The notes under the pieces: generated by a model | What the model was told of the DNA's origin: nothing | Database searches by the model: none | Seen by the model: the letters and a program-made list of their open reading frames with translations, nothing else | Assembly (NCBI GenBank): GCA_958295755.1 | Contig: OY282367.1 | Location: 204,294-268,293 of the forward strand | Direction of reading: 5' to 3' | Source: an uncultured Acidimicrobiales bacterium | GTDB taxonomy: Bacteria > Actinomycetota > Acidimicrobiia > Acidimicrobiales > Hopanoidiivorantaceae | DNA: 64,000 nucleotides | Translations under genes and position numbers: made by a program | Part shown: positions 56,651 to 64,000 of the stretch, one piece after another | How the letters are laid out: the number at the start of each line of letters is the position of its first letter | Numbering within the stretch: the first letter of the stretch is position 1

Positions 56651-57109
56651 TCATGAATGAATTATAGTTGCAGCTGCTAGGAAGAGCAAGGCAAGCACCC
56701 AAAGACTAACCCACCATAGATATTGTCGCCGTTTTCTGAGTAAAGAGTTTACGGCTAGTTTTCTGTCAAACTGCACCGCCATTCTTTTTTGAGTGGCTAT
56801 TGCTAGTTGCTGGATGCCGATTATGCCTTCAGCGAAAAATCTAGTCTCATGGGTAGTCGGATAAAACGCAAAAATAAATCCTGGAATTACAGCCACGGCA
56901 CCGAAAAGAGCGAAAGCAGTAAAAAGTAACACAGACGATGTGTTCCACGCTCGGCTAAACAGGGACGGGTATGCCAGCAGAGCAGGAACCGAGAACCCCA
57001 GTAACCACTGGCATCGGTTGATAAGGAAACGAGCATCCGTTTGGATCTGCTCGAGCTGCCTGTGTTCCTCGTCGTATTTTGCCTCTTCGACATAAATTTT
57101 CGCATCCAC
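56651..57109 (-). CDS. Three-TM membrane protein, allele 2
   Basis: 152 aa, colinear with allele 1; divergence concentrated around TM2 and the following loop. Confidence 0.78.
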   Translation of the reverse strand: MDAKIYVEEAKYDEEHRQLEQIQTDARFLINRCQWLLGFSVPALLAYPSLFSRAWNTSSVLLFTAFALFGAVAVIPGFIFAFYPTTHETRFFAEGIIGIQQLAIATQKRMAVQFDRKLAVNSLLRKRRQYLWWVSLWVLALLFLAAATIIHS

Positions 57110-57236
57110 AAGAAGAACCTTAGAGCAGGATGACTGCAGAACCCGCTCTGGTTTTTCGAGGCGGAAAGACAGGGCTGGGAGACGGTTCGTGAATTCTGGA
57201 GTCCAGCCGCTAATAGCGAATCGAGTGGGTCTCTAC

Positions 57237-57274
57237 CCCAAGCCCGCCCCCGCATCCCCGTCGCTACGGTGTGA
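57237..57274 (+). pseudogene. nuoF 3'-end copy (25-bp core, alternative ending QARPRIPVATV*)
   Basis: cccaagcccgcccccgcatccccgt followed by cgctacggtgtga. Confidence 0.8.
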
Positions 57275-57313
57275 GCAAGCCGCGGAGTCCCCACTTTATG
57301 AGATAGTTTTTTG

Positions 57314-57637
57314 CTAGCTGTAGACGGAGTGTATCTCACCTAGATTTATTAGGCCCCTTTTTTTGGCCAAAACTCCTACTTCAAAGCCAGCGTCTTCACT
57401 GGCATCATAATCTGAGTCATAGGGGCCCTTGTAGTCAACCACCCCTTCATTTGGAAAAATGATTCCCACAATTTTTCCATCAGTGAAGTCTCTTGCCAGA
57501 AGCGATTGATCGTCAATTTCAGACGACAACCCACCTTCGGGTATGGCATAGACTTCCCAGATGTTCCCGCAGGAGCCATCGGCATAGTGGTCAACAGAAT
57601 ACGCCAGACAGATAATTTCGAGTTCAGAAATGTTCAT
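57314..57637 (-). CDS. Acidic orphan protein (~107 aa)
   Basis: AT-rich ORF; TATAAT 8 nt upstream of ATG 57637 (ORF track uses TTG 57646); Asp/Glu-rich. Confidence 0.65.
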   Translation of the reverse strand: MNISELEIICLAYSVDHYADGSCGNIWEVYAIPEGGLSSEIDDQSLLARDFTDGKIVGIIFPNEGVVDYKGPYDSDYDASEDAGFEVGVLAKKRGLINLGEIHSVYS

Positions 57638-57696
57638 ATTAAACAATTATAAGTAGAATCTGATGTAAGTGCTTGGGGCGATTCGAATGTCTCGAA

Positions 57697-58980
57697 TTAT
57701 AGATCTAAACGAAGTAAATCGGTGGGGGTTTCTCGGCGGATTATTTGGCGGGGGGTGCCGTTGGAGGTGAAGATTACGGGGGGGCGGGGGATTTTGTTGT
57801 AGTTGGATCCCATGGAGTAGCCGTAGGCACCGGTTACGGGGGTGGCTATGATGTCGCCTATTTGGAGGTCGGCGGGGAGGTGGGCTTTGTCTACTAGCAC
57901 ATCGCCTGATTCGCAGTGTTTGCCTACTATGCGCGCTTGGAGGGGGCGGTCGGCGTTTGTAGATCGGGGGAGGAAAGCTTCGTAGCCGCTACCGTAGAGG
58001 ACAGGGCGAGGATTATCGCTCATGCCACCGTCTACTGCCACATAGGTACGAATACCGGGAAGCTCTTTGATGTCGCCGACACGATATAAAGTGATGGCTG
58101 CACTTGCTACGATAGCTCGGCCTGGTTCTGCCCAAACCTTCACGCCTAAGTCTTGAGTAACTTCACGCACTGCTTCGCCCCACTCGGTGATGCTAGGTGC
58201 CTCTTCGCCTGTAAGGTAGGCGACGCCTAATCCGCCACCGACCGACAGTTCTGCAAGACCTAACGGCCGAACAAACTCTGCCAAGGTTTCGGCTGAGCGA
58301 GCTAGCGAGTCCAAACGGAAAACTTGACTACCGATGTGAGCGTGGACACCTAAAAGATGCAGGGCATCTGAAGAAGCGGCTCGTTTCATAGCCTCTTCAG
58401 CTAGCCCGAGCGAGACGGTGAAACCGAATTTGGAGTCGTCTTGACCTGTAGAGATATATTCGTGAGTGTGAGCTTCAATGCCTGGCGTGATGCGGATTAG
58501 CACGGGAATCGGCTCGGTCAATCCCATCTCGGCATGCAGGGCTTCAAGGTTGTCTAACTCAGTGAAGTTATCTACGACAATCCTGCCAACTTCGGCTTCC
58601 AAAGCTTGGCGAAGCTCATCGGGAGACTTGTTGTTGCCGTGAAAGAAAATGCGACTAGTTGGAAAGCCTGCTGCGATTGCCACATGCAGTTCACCGCCGG
58701 TGGCGACATCCAGATACATCTGCTCGCTATCCACAAGCTCTGCCATTGCTTTACACAAGAATGCCTTCGCTGCATAAACTGCCCTGCCGTCAAAAGCTGC
58801 CATCGCCTCGCGGCAACGAGAACGCAAATGTTCTTCGTCGTAGACAAACAGCGGCGTGCCGAATTCCTCGGCCAACTCCAAGACATCGCAGCCACCGATG
58901 CTGAGTCTGCCGTCTTTACCGACCTGAGCCGTATCGGGCAAGAGGTAGCCGGGGATGGGGGAGGAGGCGATATGAGACAT
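57697..58980 (-). CDS. lysA: Diaminopimelate decarboxylase
   Basis: FGTPLFVYDE, YAAKAF, HGNNKS, DSKFG, HAHIGSQ, EPGRAI, DGGMSDNPRP, GKHCESGD. Confidence 0.97.
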   Translation of the reverse strand: MSHIASSPIPGYLLPDTAQVGKDGRLSIGGCDVLELAEEFGTPLFVYDEEHLRSRCREAMAAFDGRAVYAAKAFLCKAMAELVDSEQMYLDVATGGELHVAIAAGFPTSRIFFHGNNKSPDELRQALEAEVGRIVVDNFTELDNLEALHAEMGLTEPIPVLIRITPGIEAHTHEYISTGQDDSKFGFTVSLGLAEEAMKRAASSDALHLLGVHAHIGSQVFRLDSLARSAETLAEFVRPLGLAELSVGGGLGVAYLTGEEAPSITEWGEAVREVTQDLGVKVWAEPGRAIVASAAITLYRVGDIKELPGIRTYVAVDGGMSDNPRPVLYGSGYEAFLPRSTNADRPLQARIVGKHCESGDVLVDKAHLPADLQIGDIIATPVTGAYGYSMGSNYNKIPRPPVIFTSNGTPRQIIRRETPTDLLRLDL

Positions 58981-59013
58981 AAGACTTCTACTATTACGGC
59001 TTTTCGATAAGCA

Positions 59014-60780
59014 TCACATCTGTTCAGGTTTGCTCACGCCCACTAAATCCAAGCCTATGGCAAGACCGATACGCACAGCATCTACCAGTGCCAAGCGAGC
59101 TTGAGTTAGATCATCTGCTACATCGTCTCCGGTGACTCTACAATCGTGATAGAAGCTATGGAAGGCACTAGATAACTCTCGCAACCAGCTGACTATGCGA
59201 TGCGGGGCACGAGCATGGCACGCCGTTTTCAGCTCTGCTGGGAGATCCCCCAAGTAGCGCAACACATCGCGCTCCCGATCATGTGACAAAAGCGTGAGGT
59301 CACACTCAGTTTGCATCTCAACCCCAAGTTCTCTGGCCTGTCGCAAAATGGCACATGCCCGCACATGTGCATACTGCACATAAAACACGGGATTTTCCAT
59401 AGATTTCTCGGACAGCACATTCAAATCCACCGTCTGTTGCGAATCAGGCGACTGCAAAAGATAAGCAAAACGAGCAGCGTCAGGGCCAATCTCATTGATA
59501 ATCTCATCCAAGGTTATGAGGTCGCCCTCACGTTTGGAGATCTTGACTTCTTCACTGTCACGCAGCAACTTCACAATCTGGCACAGGATCACCTCTAAAC
59601 GCTCAGGGGCTTCACCAAGGGCAGCTATAGCGGCTTTCATACGAGCGATGTAGCCGTGATGGTCGGCACCCCAGATGTCAATCAGTGTGTCGGCTCGGCC
59701 GAGTTTGTCTTGGTGGTAGGCGATGTCGGGCAACAGGTAGGTTAGCTCGCCATCGGACTTCACAAGCACACGGTCTTGGTCGTCACCGAAATCTGAGACT
59801 CGCAACCAGGTTGCGCCATCTTGCTGATAGACCGTGCCGTCAGCCTGAAGCCCTATGAGCAAATCGTCCACCTTCTTGGCATCCAAGAGCGATGTCTCGC
59901 TGAACCATCTTTCAAATGAGATGTTGAGGCGGCCGAGTGTGGCTTGCTGGTTGGCTATGGCATAGTTGCGACACCAAGTGCGAAGGTCGCTGAAGTTGGA
60001 GTGGCTAGCGACTTGGGAATACCAGCTACTAAGTTCGTCAGGGTTGGTTACGCTTGTGCTGAGATTGCTCGGTTCGGGGTCTGTTGAGGCAGTATCTGAG
60101 GCAGAATTTAAGAGCGCGGGAGGGGCAGGTCTAGGTTCGATGTCTTCAATCATTGCAGCCAGCTCACTGGGTAACTCCTGTGCCCACTCATCCACATAAT
60201 CCCCGTGGTAGCCATCGGGTGGCGGCGGTAATCCAACCAGACGAGCCGCCAGAGACACGGCAAAATTGTCAAGCTGGGCACCTCTGTCGTTCACATAAAA
60301 TTCTCGCTCCACCTCATAGCCGCACCGCTCCAAGATGCTCCCCAACGCATCGCCATATGCAGCCCCACGAGCGTGCCCAGCATGTAGCGGACCCGTTGGG
60401 TTGGCACTGACGAATTCCAAATTCACTCGATGTCCCTCTCCAAAACTCAAACAGCCATAGTCCGCTCCCTCTGCCATAATCTGCTCCAGCACAGCGTGCC
60501 ACCAAGAGTCGGCTAGATAGAAATTCACAAACCCCGGCCCAGCCACCTCAACCCTGCTTACATGCATGGGCATATCTCTCGATAGCACTTCACAAACTTC
60601 CCCTGCCAAATCCCGGGGCGGCTTCCCCGCCGACTTAGCCAAAGCCATAGCCGCGTTAGAAGACCAGTCCCCGTGCTCTCGACGAGACGGCTGTTCTAGC
60701 GCAATCTCGCCAGCTTCCAACCCCAACCCAGCAAAAACCTCTCGCAGAGCTTCACGCAAAATATCTTGGATAGCAGTCAT
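59014..60780 (-). CDS. argS: Arginine--tRNA ligase
   Basis: HGDWSSN, VAGPGFVNF, EFVSANPTGPLHAGH, WGADHHGY, KISKR, NPVFYVQYAH; start 60780 or 60792 rather than 60963. Confidence 0.96.
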   Translation of the reverse strand: MTAIQDILREALREVFAGLGLEAGEIALEQPSRREHGDWSSNAAMALAKSAGKPPRDLAGEVCEVLSRDMPMHVSRVEVAGPGFVNFYLADSWWHAVLEQIMAEGADYGCLSFGEGHRVNLEFVSANPTGPLHAGHARGAAYGDALGSILERCGYEVEREFYVNDRGAQLDNFAVSLAARLVGLPPPPDGYHGDYVDEWAQELPSELAAMIEDIEPRPAPPALLNSASDTASTDPEPSNLSTSVTNPDELSSWYSQVASHSNFSDLRTWCRNYAIANQQATLGRLNISFERWFSETSLLDAKKVDDLLIGLQADGTVYQQDGATWLRVSDFGDDQDRVLVKSDGELTYLLPDIAYHQDKLGRADTLIDIWGADHHGYIARMKAAIAALGEAPERLEVILCQIVKLLRDSEEVKISKREGDLITLDEIINEIGPDAARFAYLLQSPDSQQTVDLNVLSEKSMENPVFYVQYAHVRACAILRQARELGVEMQTECDLTLLSHDRERDVLRYLGDLPAELKTACHARAPHRIVSWLRELSSAFHSFYHDCRVTGDDVADDLTQARLALVDAVRIGLAIGLDLVGVSKPEQM

Positions 60781-60943
60781 AGTGTGTGGCATGAAAAAAA
60801 TGGGGCTTTCTTCAGCGTAGCCCTGCTGACTACCTGTCTCTTGGTATGGCTTCCCTTTACTACCCCCAGCAAGGCTAGAATTCGCAAAGCGGCAAACCTC
60901 GGGGGCAGATCCCCATCCCCAGCCCAAACCAGAAAGGTCAGAT

Positions 60944-61999
60944 ATGAGCACTATTCCCGACACGATGCAGGCGTTCCGCTTGGTCGCACCGCATGAGACC
61001 AGTATTGAGGAGGTGCCTGTGCCTCAACCCGGGCCAGGCCAGGTGCTTGTCAAGATCGCAGGCGCGGGGCTTTGCCATTCCGACTTGCACATCATGCACT
61101 TTGATGCGGTGATGGCGTGCCCGATGACTTTCGGCCACGAGAACGCAGGCTGGGTGGCGGCTCTCGGCGACGGCGTCGACAACGTGAAGGTCGGCGAGCC
61201 GGTGGTGGTGCACGGAGCATGGGGATGCGGACATTGCCGCCGTTGCCGCATAGACAACGAGCACCTTTGCGAAATAGCCCCTAGCGGATCGCGCAGCGGC
61301 GGGCTTGCCGTAGACGGTGGCATGGCCGAATACCTACTAGTGCCCGCAGCTCGCAACCTCGTACCGCTCGGCGACCTAGACCCGCATCTTTCAGGCCCGC
61401 TGGACGATGCTGTGCTCACCCCGTATCATGTGATCCGCCGCTGGCGACACCTGCTGTTGCCCGATAGCACTGCCATCGTCATCGGTATCGGCGGTCTCGG
61501 TCATATGGCAGTTCAGCTGTTGAAAGTTATGTCGTCGGCTCGCGTGATTGCCATAGACATAGCCAACGAGAAGCTAGATCTCGCCAAACGCTTCGGCGCA
61601 GACGACATCGTGCTAAGTAGCCCCGACAATATTGAAGAAACTGCAGCTGAAGTTCAAGAGCTAGTCGGCGGACGAGGCGGCGAACTTGTATTAGATGTCG
61701 TAGGCACCGAAAAAACGCTGGCACTCGCCGCCAAGCTGGTGGCACCCCAAGGGCATCTCTGCTGTGTGGGCGTGGCGATGGGTGCTCTGACTTGGAGCTT
61801 CATGTCGGTAGCTTACGAAAGCACCCTCTCTAGCACTTTCTGGGGCACCTGCAACGAGCTGCGCGAAGTGGTCGCCTTGGCACAAGCTGGAAAAATCACT
61901 GTTGAGACGCAGACCTTCCCGCTAGAAAAGGCCGCCGAGGCATACAGCCTGTTAGAGGCGGGACAGATATCAGGTCGAGCTATTGCGTTGCCAGGTTGA
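60944..61999 (+). CDS. Zn-dependent NAD(P) alcohol dehydrogenase (MDR family)
   Basis: GLCHSDLH, GHENAG, CGHCRRC...C, GIGGLG; AGAAAGG RBS. Confidence 0.93.
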   Translation: MSTIPDTMQAFRLVAPHETSIEEVPVPQPGPGQVLVKIAGAGLCHSDLHIMHFDAVMACPMTFGHENAGWVAALGDGVDNVKVGEPVVVHGAWGCGHCRRCRIDNEHLCEIAPSGSRSGGLAVDGGMAEYLLVPAARNLVPLGDLDPHLSGPLDDAVLTPYHVIRRWRHLLLPDSTAIVIGIGGLGHMAVQLLKVMSSARVIAIDIANEKLDLAKRFGADDIVLSSPDNIEETAAEVQELVGGRGGELVLDVVGTEKTLALAAKLVAPQGHLCCVGVAMGALTWSFMSVAYESTLSSTFWGTCNELREVVALAQAGKITVETQTFPLEKAAEAYSLLEAGQISGRAIALPG

Positions 62000-62052
62000 A
62001 GCTGTTACCAGGTTGAAGCTGCAGTAAAAAACTGCTTTGAAATACGGCTGAA

Positions 62053-63513
62053 ATGACCTTCAACGATTTTACCGACTTCAAGGTTGCCGACCTTGCCCTA
62101 GCAGACTTCGGTCGCAAAGAAATCCGTCTAGCCGAAAACGAAATGCCAGGTCTCATGACTCTGCGCGCCCGCCACACAGACAGCCAACCGCTAGCAGGTG
62201 CCCGCATCTCAGGTTCGCTTCATATGACAGTCCAAACCGCTGTGCTTATTGAAACTTTGGTGGCACTCGGTGCCGAAGTCCGTTGGGCATCCTGCAACAT
62301 CTTCTCCACTCAAGACCACGCCGCCGCAGCTGTCGCAGTCGGCCCCAACGGAACTCCAGACAATCCCAGCGGCATCCCGATCTTTGCATGGAAAGCCGAA
62401 ACCCTAGAGGAATATTGGTGGTGCACCGAGCAAATGCTACGCTGGCCAGCTGCAGGAGGCGAAGGAACAGACATCGGGCCTACTCTCATCGTGGACGACG
62501 GCGGCGACGCCACCCTGTTACTGCACAAAGGCGTGGAATATGAACAAGCCGGCGCAGTCCCCGACCCGACCGAAGACGACAGCCACGAATGGGGAGTTGT
62601 CCTCAACTTGCTCCGCTCCCGCCAAGTCGAAGAGCCGCAACTTTGGACAAAGCTTGCCGAAAGCGTGCGAGGTGTGTCGGAAGAAACCACCACAGGTGTG
62701 AACCGCCTCTATCAGATGCGAAAAGCAAACCAGCTGCTCTTCCCAGCTGTGAATGTGAACGACTCAGTTACCAAATCGAAATTCGACAACCTCTATGGTT
62801 GCCGTCACTCTCTCATAGATGGCATAAATCGAGCTACCGACATGATGATCGGCGGAAAAATCGCTGTGGTTTGCGGTTACGGCGATGTAGGGAAAGGTTG
62901 TGCTCAAGCCCTGCGAGGCCAAGGTGCCCGTGTGGTCATCATCGAGATAGACCCGATATGTGCGCTCCAAGCGGCCATGGAAGGCTTTGCTGTCAAGCGC
63001 ATTGAAGAAGTGCTGGGAGAAGCTGATATTTTCATAACAGCTACAGGCGGCAAAAGCGCAATCGGTGCCGAGCATCTAGGACGCATGAAGCACCAAGCCA
63101 TAGTCGGCAACATTGGCCACTTCGACAACGAGATAGACCTAGCCGGCCTCTCATCAGATGTCCAAAAACTCAATATCAAGCCCCAAGTAGATGAATATGT
63201 CTTCCCCGATGGCCACTCCATCATCGTGCTGTCCGAAGGCCGACTTCTGAACCTAGGCAACGCCACTGGACATCCCAGTTTCGTGATGTCGTGCAGCTTC
63301 ACCAATCAGGTGCTAGCCCAGATGGAACTCCATGCCCACGCCGAAGACTACGGCAAAGAAGTCATTACCCTTCCCAAAGAGTTAGACGAAGAGGTAGCCC
63401 GTCTCCACCTAGATGCCCTAGGCGCAAAGCTAACTACACTAACCCAAGCTCAAGCTGATTATCTGAACATCCCCATCAACGGCCCTTACAAATCCGATCA
63501 CTACAGGTATTGA
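62053..63513 (+). CDS. ahcY: Adenosylhomocysteinase
   Basis: [78 protein letters not shown]. Confidence 0.98.
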   Translation: MTFNDFTDFKVADLALADFGRKEIRLAENEMPGLMTLRARHTDSQPLAGARISGSLHMTVQTAVLIETLVALGAEVRWASCNIFSTQDHAAAAVAVGPNGTPDNPSGIPIFAWKAETLEEYWWCTEQMLRWPAAGGEGTDIGPTLIVDDGGDATLLLHKGVEYEQAGAVPDPTEDDSHEWGVVLNLLRSRQVEEPQLWTKLAESVRGVSEETTTGVNRLYQMRKANQLLFPAVNVNDSVTKSKFDNLYGCRHSLIDGINRATDMMIGGKIAVVCGYGDVGKGCAQALRGQGARVVIIEIDPICALQAAMEGFAVKRIEEVLGEADIFITATGGKSAIGAEHLGRMKHQAIVGNIGHFDNEIDLAGLSSDVQKLNIKPQVDEYVFPDGHSIIVLSEGRLLNLGNATGHPSFVMSCSFTNQVLAQMELHAHAEDYGKEVITLPKELDEEVARLHLDALGAKLTTLTQAQADYLNIPINGPYKSDHYRY

Positions 63514-63520
63514 CGGGCCT

Positions 63521-63856
63521 CTAATCGTTTCCGTGGCGGCGGCGGACTCGGCCTCGCTGCCAGCGGTTGAGTTTTTTGGTCTTTTGTTTGCGGAGCTGTT
63601 TTTCTAGCTTGTCTATTGCTAGGTCAATGGCGGCACGTTTATCTGGGGCGGTTACATGGCAACGGATGTGATTGCCGTGGCCTTCAAGGGAGATTTCGCA
63701 TTTTTCGCTGTTGGCTATGCGAGGATTGCGTTCTTCTGAAAGGTGCACCTTAGCGTGGTCTAGCTCGTGGAGGAAACGATCTAGCTTGCTGATCTTGGTT
63801 CGGATGTAGCTGTCTAGTGCCTCGTCTATATTTTGACCGCTGATGGAAATTTCCAT
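63521..63856 (-). CDS. hpf: Ribosome hibernation factor (HPF/RaiA, short form)
   Basis: MEISISGQN...KISKLDRF...ERNPRI...AAIDLAIDKLEKQLRKQK; TAAAAT 7 nt upstream of ATG. Confidence 0.88.
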   Translation of the reverse strand: MEISISGQNIDEALDSYIRTKISKLDRFLHELDHAKVHLSEERNPRIANSEKCEISLEGHGNHIRCHVTAPDKRAAIDLAIDKLEKQLRKQKTKKLNRWQRGRVRRRHGND

Positions 63857-63929
63857 TGAACCGATTTTAGCTTGTTTTCGCAACTACATGCAACACTGTT
63901 ACATGCAGCACTACTGCCAGCAATAGGGC

Positions 63930-64000
63930 CTAGTTCGAAACTTTGGCGCGGCTAGCGACTGCGATTGCGCCGATACGGCAGACGCCAGCTTCTCGAAGAG
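63930..64000 (-). CDS. C-terminal end of a probable ComF-family phosphoribosyltransferase (truncated by window edge)
   Basis: ...LREAGVCRIGAIAVASRAKVSN*; comF-hpf adjacency is common. Only ~22 codons are visible. Confidence 0.5.
   Translation of the reverse strand, partial: LREAGVCRIGAIAVASRAKVSN

Larger units (their letters stand above)
51026..57991. mobile_element. Integrase-free cassette hotspot / flexible island between convergent nuoF and lysA 3' ends
   Basis: Four extra nuoF 3'-end copies, two extra lysA 3'-end copies, four peptide cassettes, R-M pair and orphan ORFs. Confidence 0.75.

Noticed and set aside
51133..56702. 76-83-aa versions of the peptide ORFs (MVGKPLG...) in the ORF track
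   Set aside because: The extensions overlap the 3-TM gene. The AGGAGG-ATG at MTKA is the better start and is the only one present in all four copies.
51026..57300. IS element, prophage or integron
   Set aside because: No transposase, integrase, terminal inverted repeats, phage genes or clear attC hairpins were recognised.
51026..57991. Duplications as a simple assembly artefact
   Set aside because: The copies have distinct substitutions, indels and unique junctions. A multi-strain chimera still needs a read-level check.
47693..60963. Long N-terminal extensions of nuoD (47693), nuoE (49008) and argS (60963)
   Set aside because: They overlap neighbouring genes and lack family similarity; downstream starts were chosen.
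62000..62052. SAH riboswitch upstream of ahcY
   Set aside because: Only ~50 nt of intergenic sequence, largely a duplication of the adh end, with no recognisable structure.
1..64000. tRNA, rRNA or intrinsic terminators
   Set aside because: None could be recognised with support; tRNAscan-SE or Infernal would be needed to exclude small RNAs.

Overview
Bacterial chromosomal window, most likely from an Acidimicrobiia-type actinomycete. This is inferred from the argS-lysA pair, the cobA/hemD-hemB-hemL block, a split cytochrome b6-type Rieske complex next to nuoA-F, and leaderless promoters. The eukaryote-like LRR proteins suggest a host-associated (e.g. sponge-symbiont) lifestyle, which is also inference. 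(1) 1-33.3 kb: four tandem paralogous secreted proteins (one 5'-truncated, then 6865, 1271 and 1213 aa). They are built from ~97-aa two-Cys beta-rich repeats, capped plant-type 24-aa LRR cassettes (in the three complete genes) and a shared ~190-aa C-terminal domain. Each complete gene has a G9 tract just ahead of its signal peptide. (2) 33.6-51.1 kb: housekeeping heme synthesis, MenJ-like reductase, Rieske/cytochrome b/c cluster and nuoA-F. (3) 51.06-57.7 kb: an integrase-free cassette hotspot between the convergent 3' ends of nuoF and lysA. It holds four extra nuoF 3'-end copies, two extra lysA 3'-end copies, a type II R-M pair, orphan genes, and four copies of an unannotated 50/57-aa peptide gene coupled to a 3-TM membrane protein whose alleles appear to co-vary with the peptide. 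(4) 57.7-64 kb: lysA, argS, Zn-ADH, ahcY, hpf and a probable comF end. The best candidates for undescribed systems are the 3-TM protein/peptide allele pairs, the gene-end-anchored cassette array around a G4 motif, and the possibly phase-variable Ig/LRR surface-protein array. All family assignments are by motif recognition; no searches were run.
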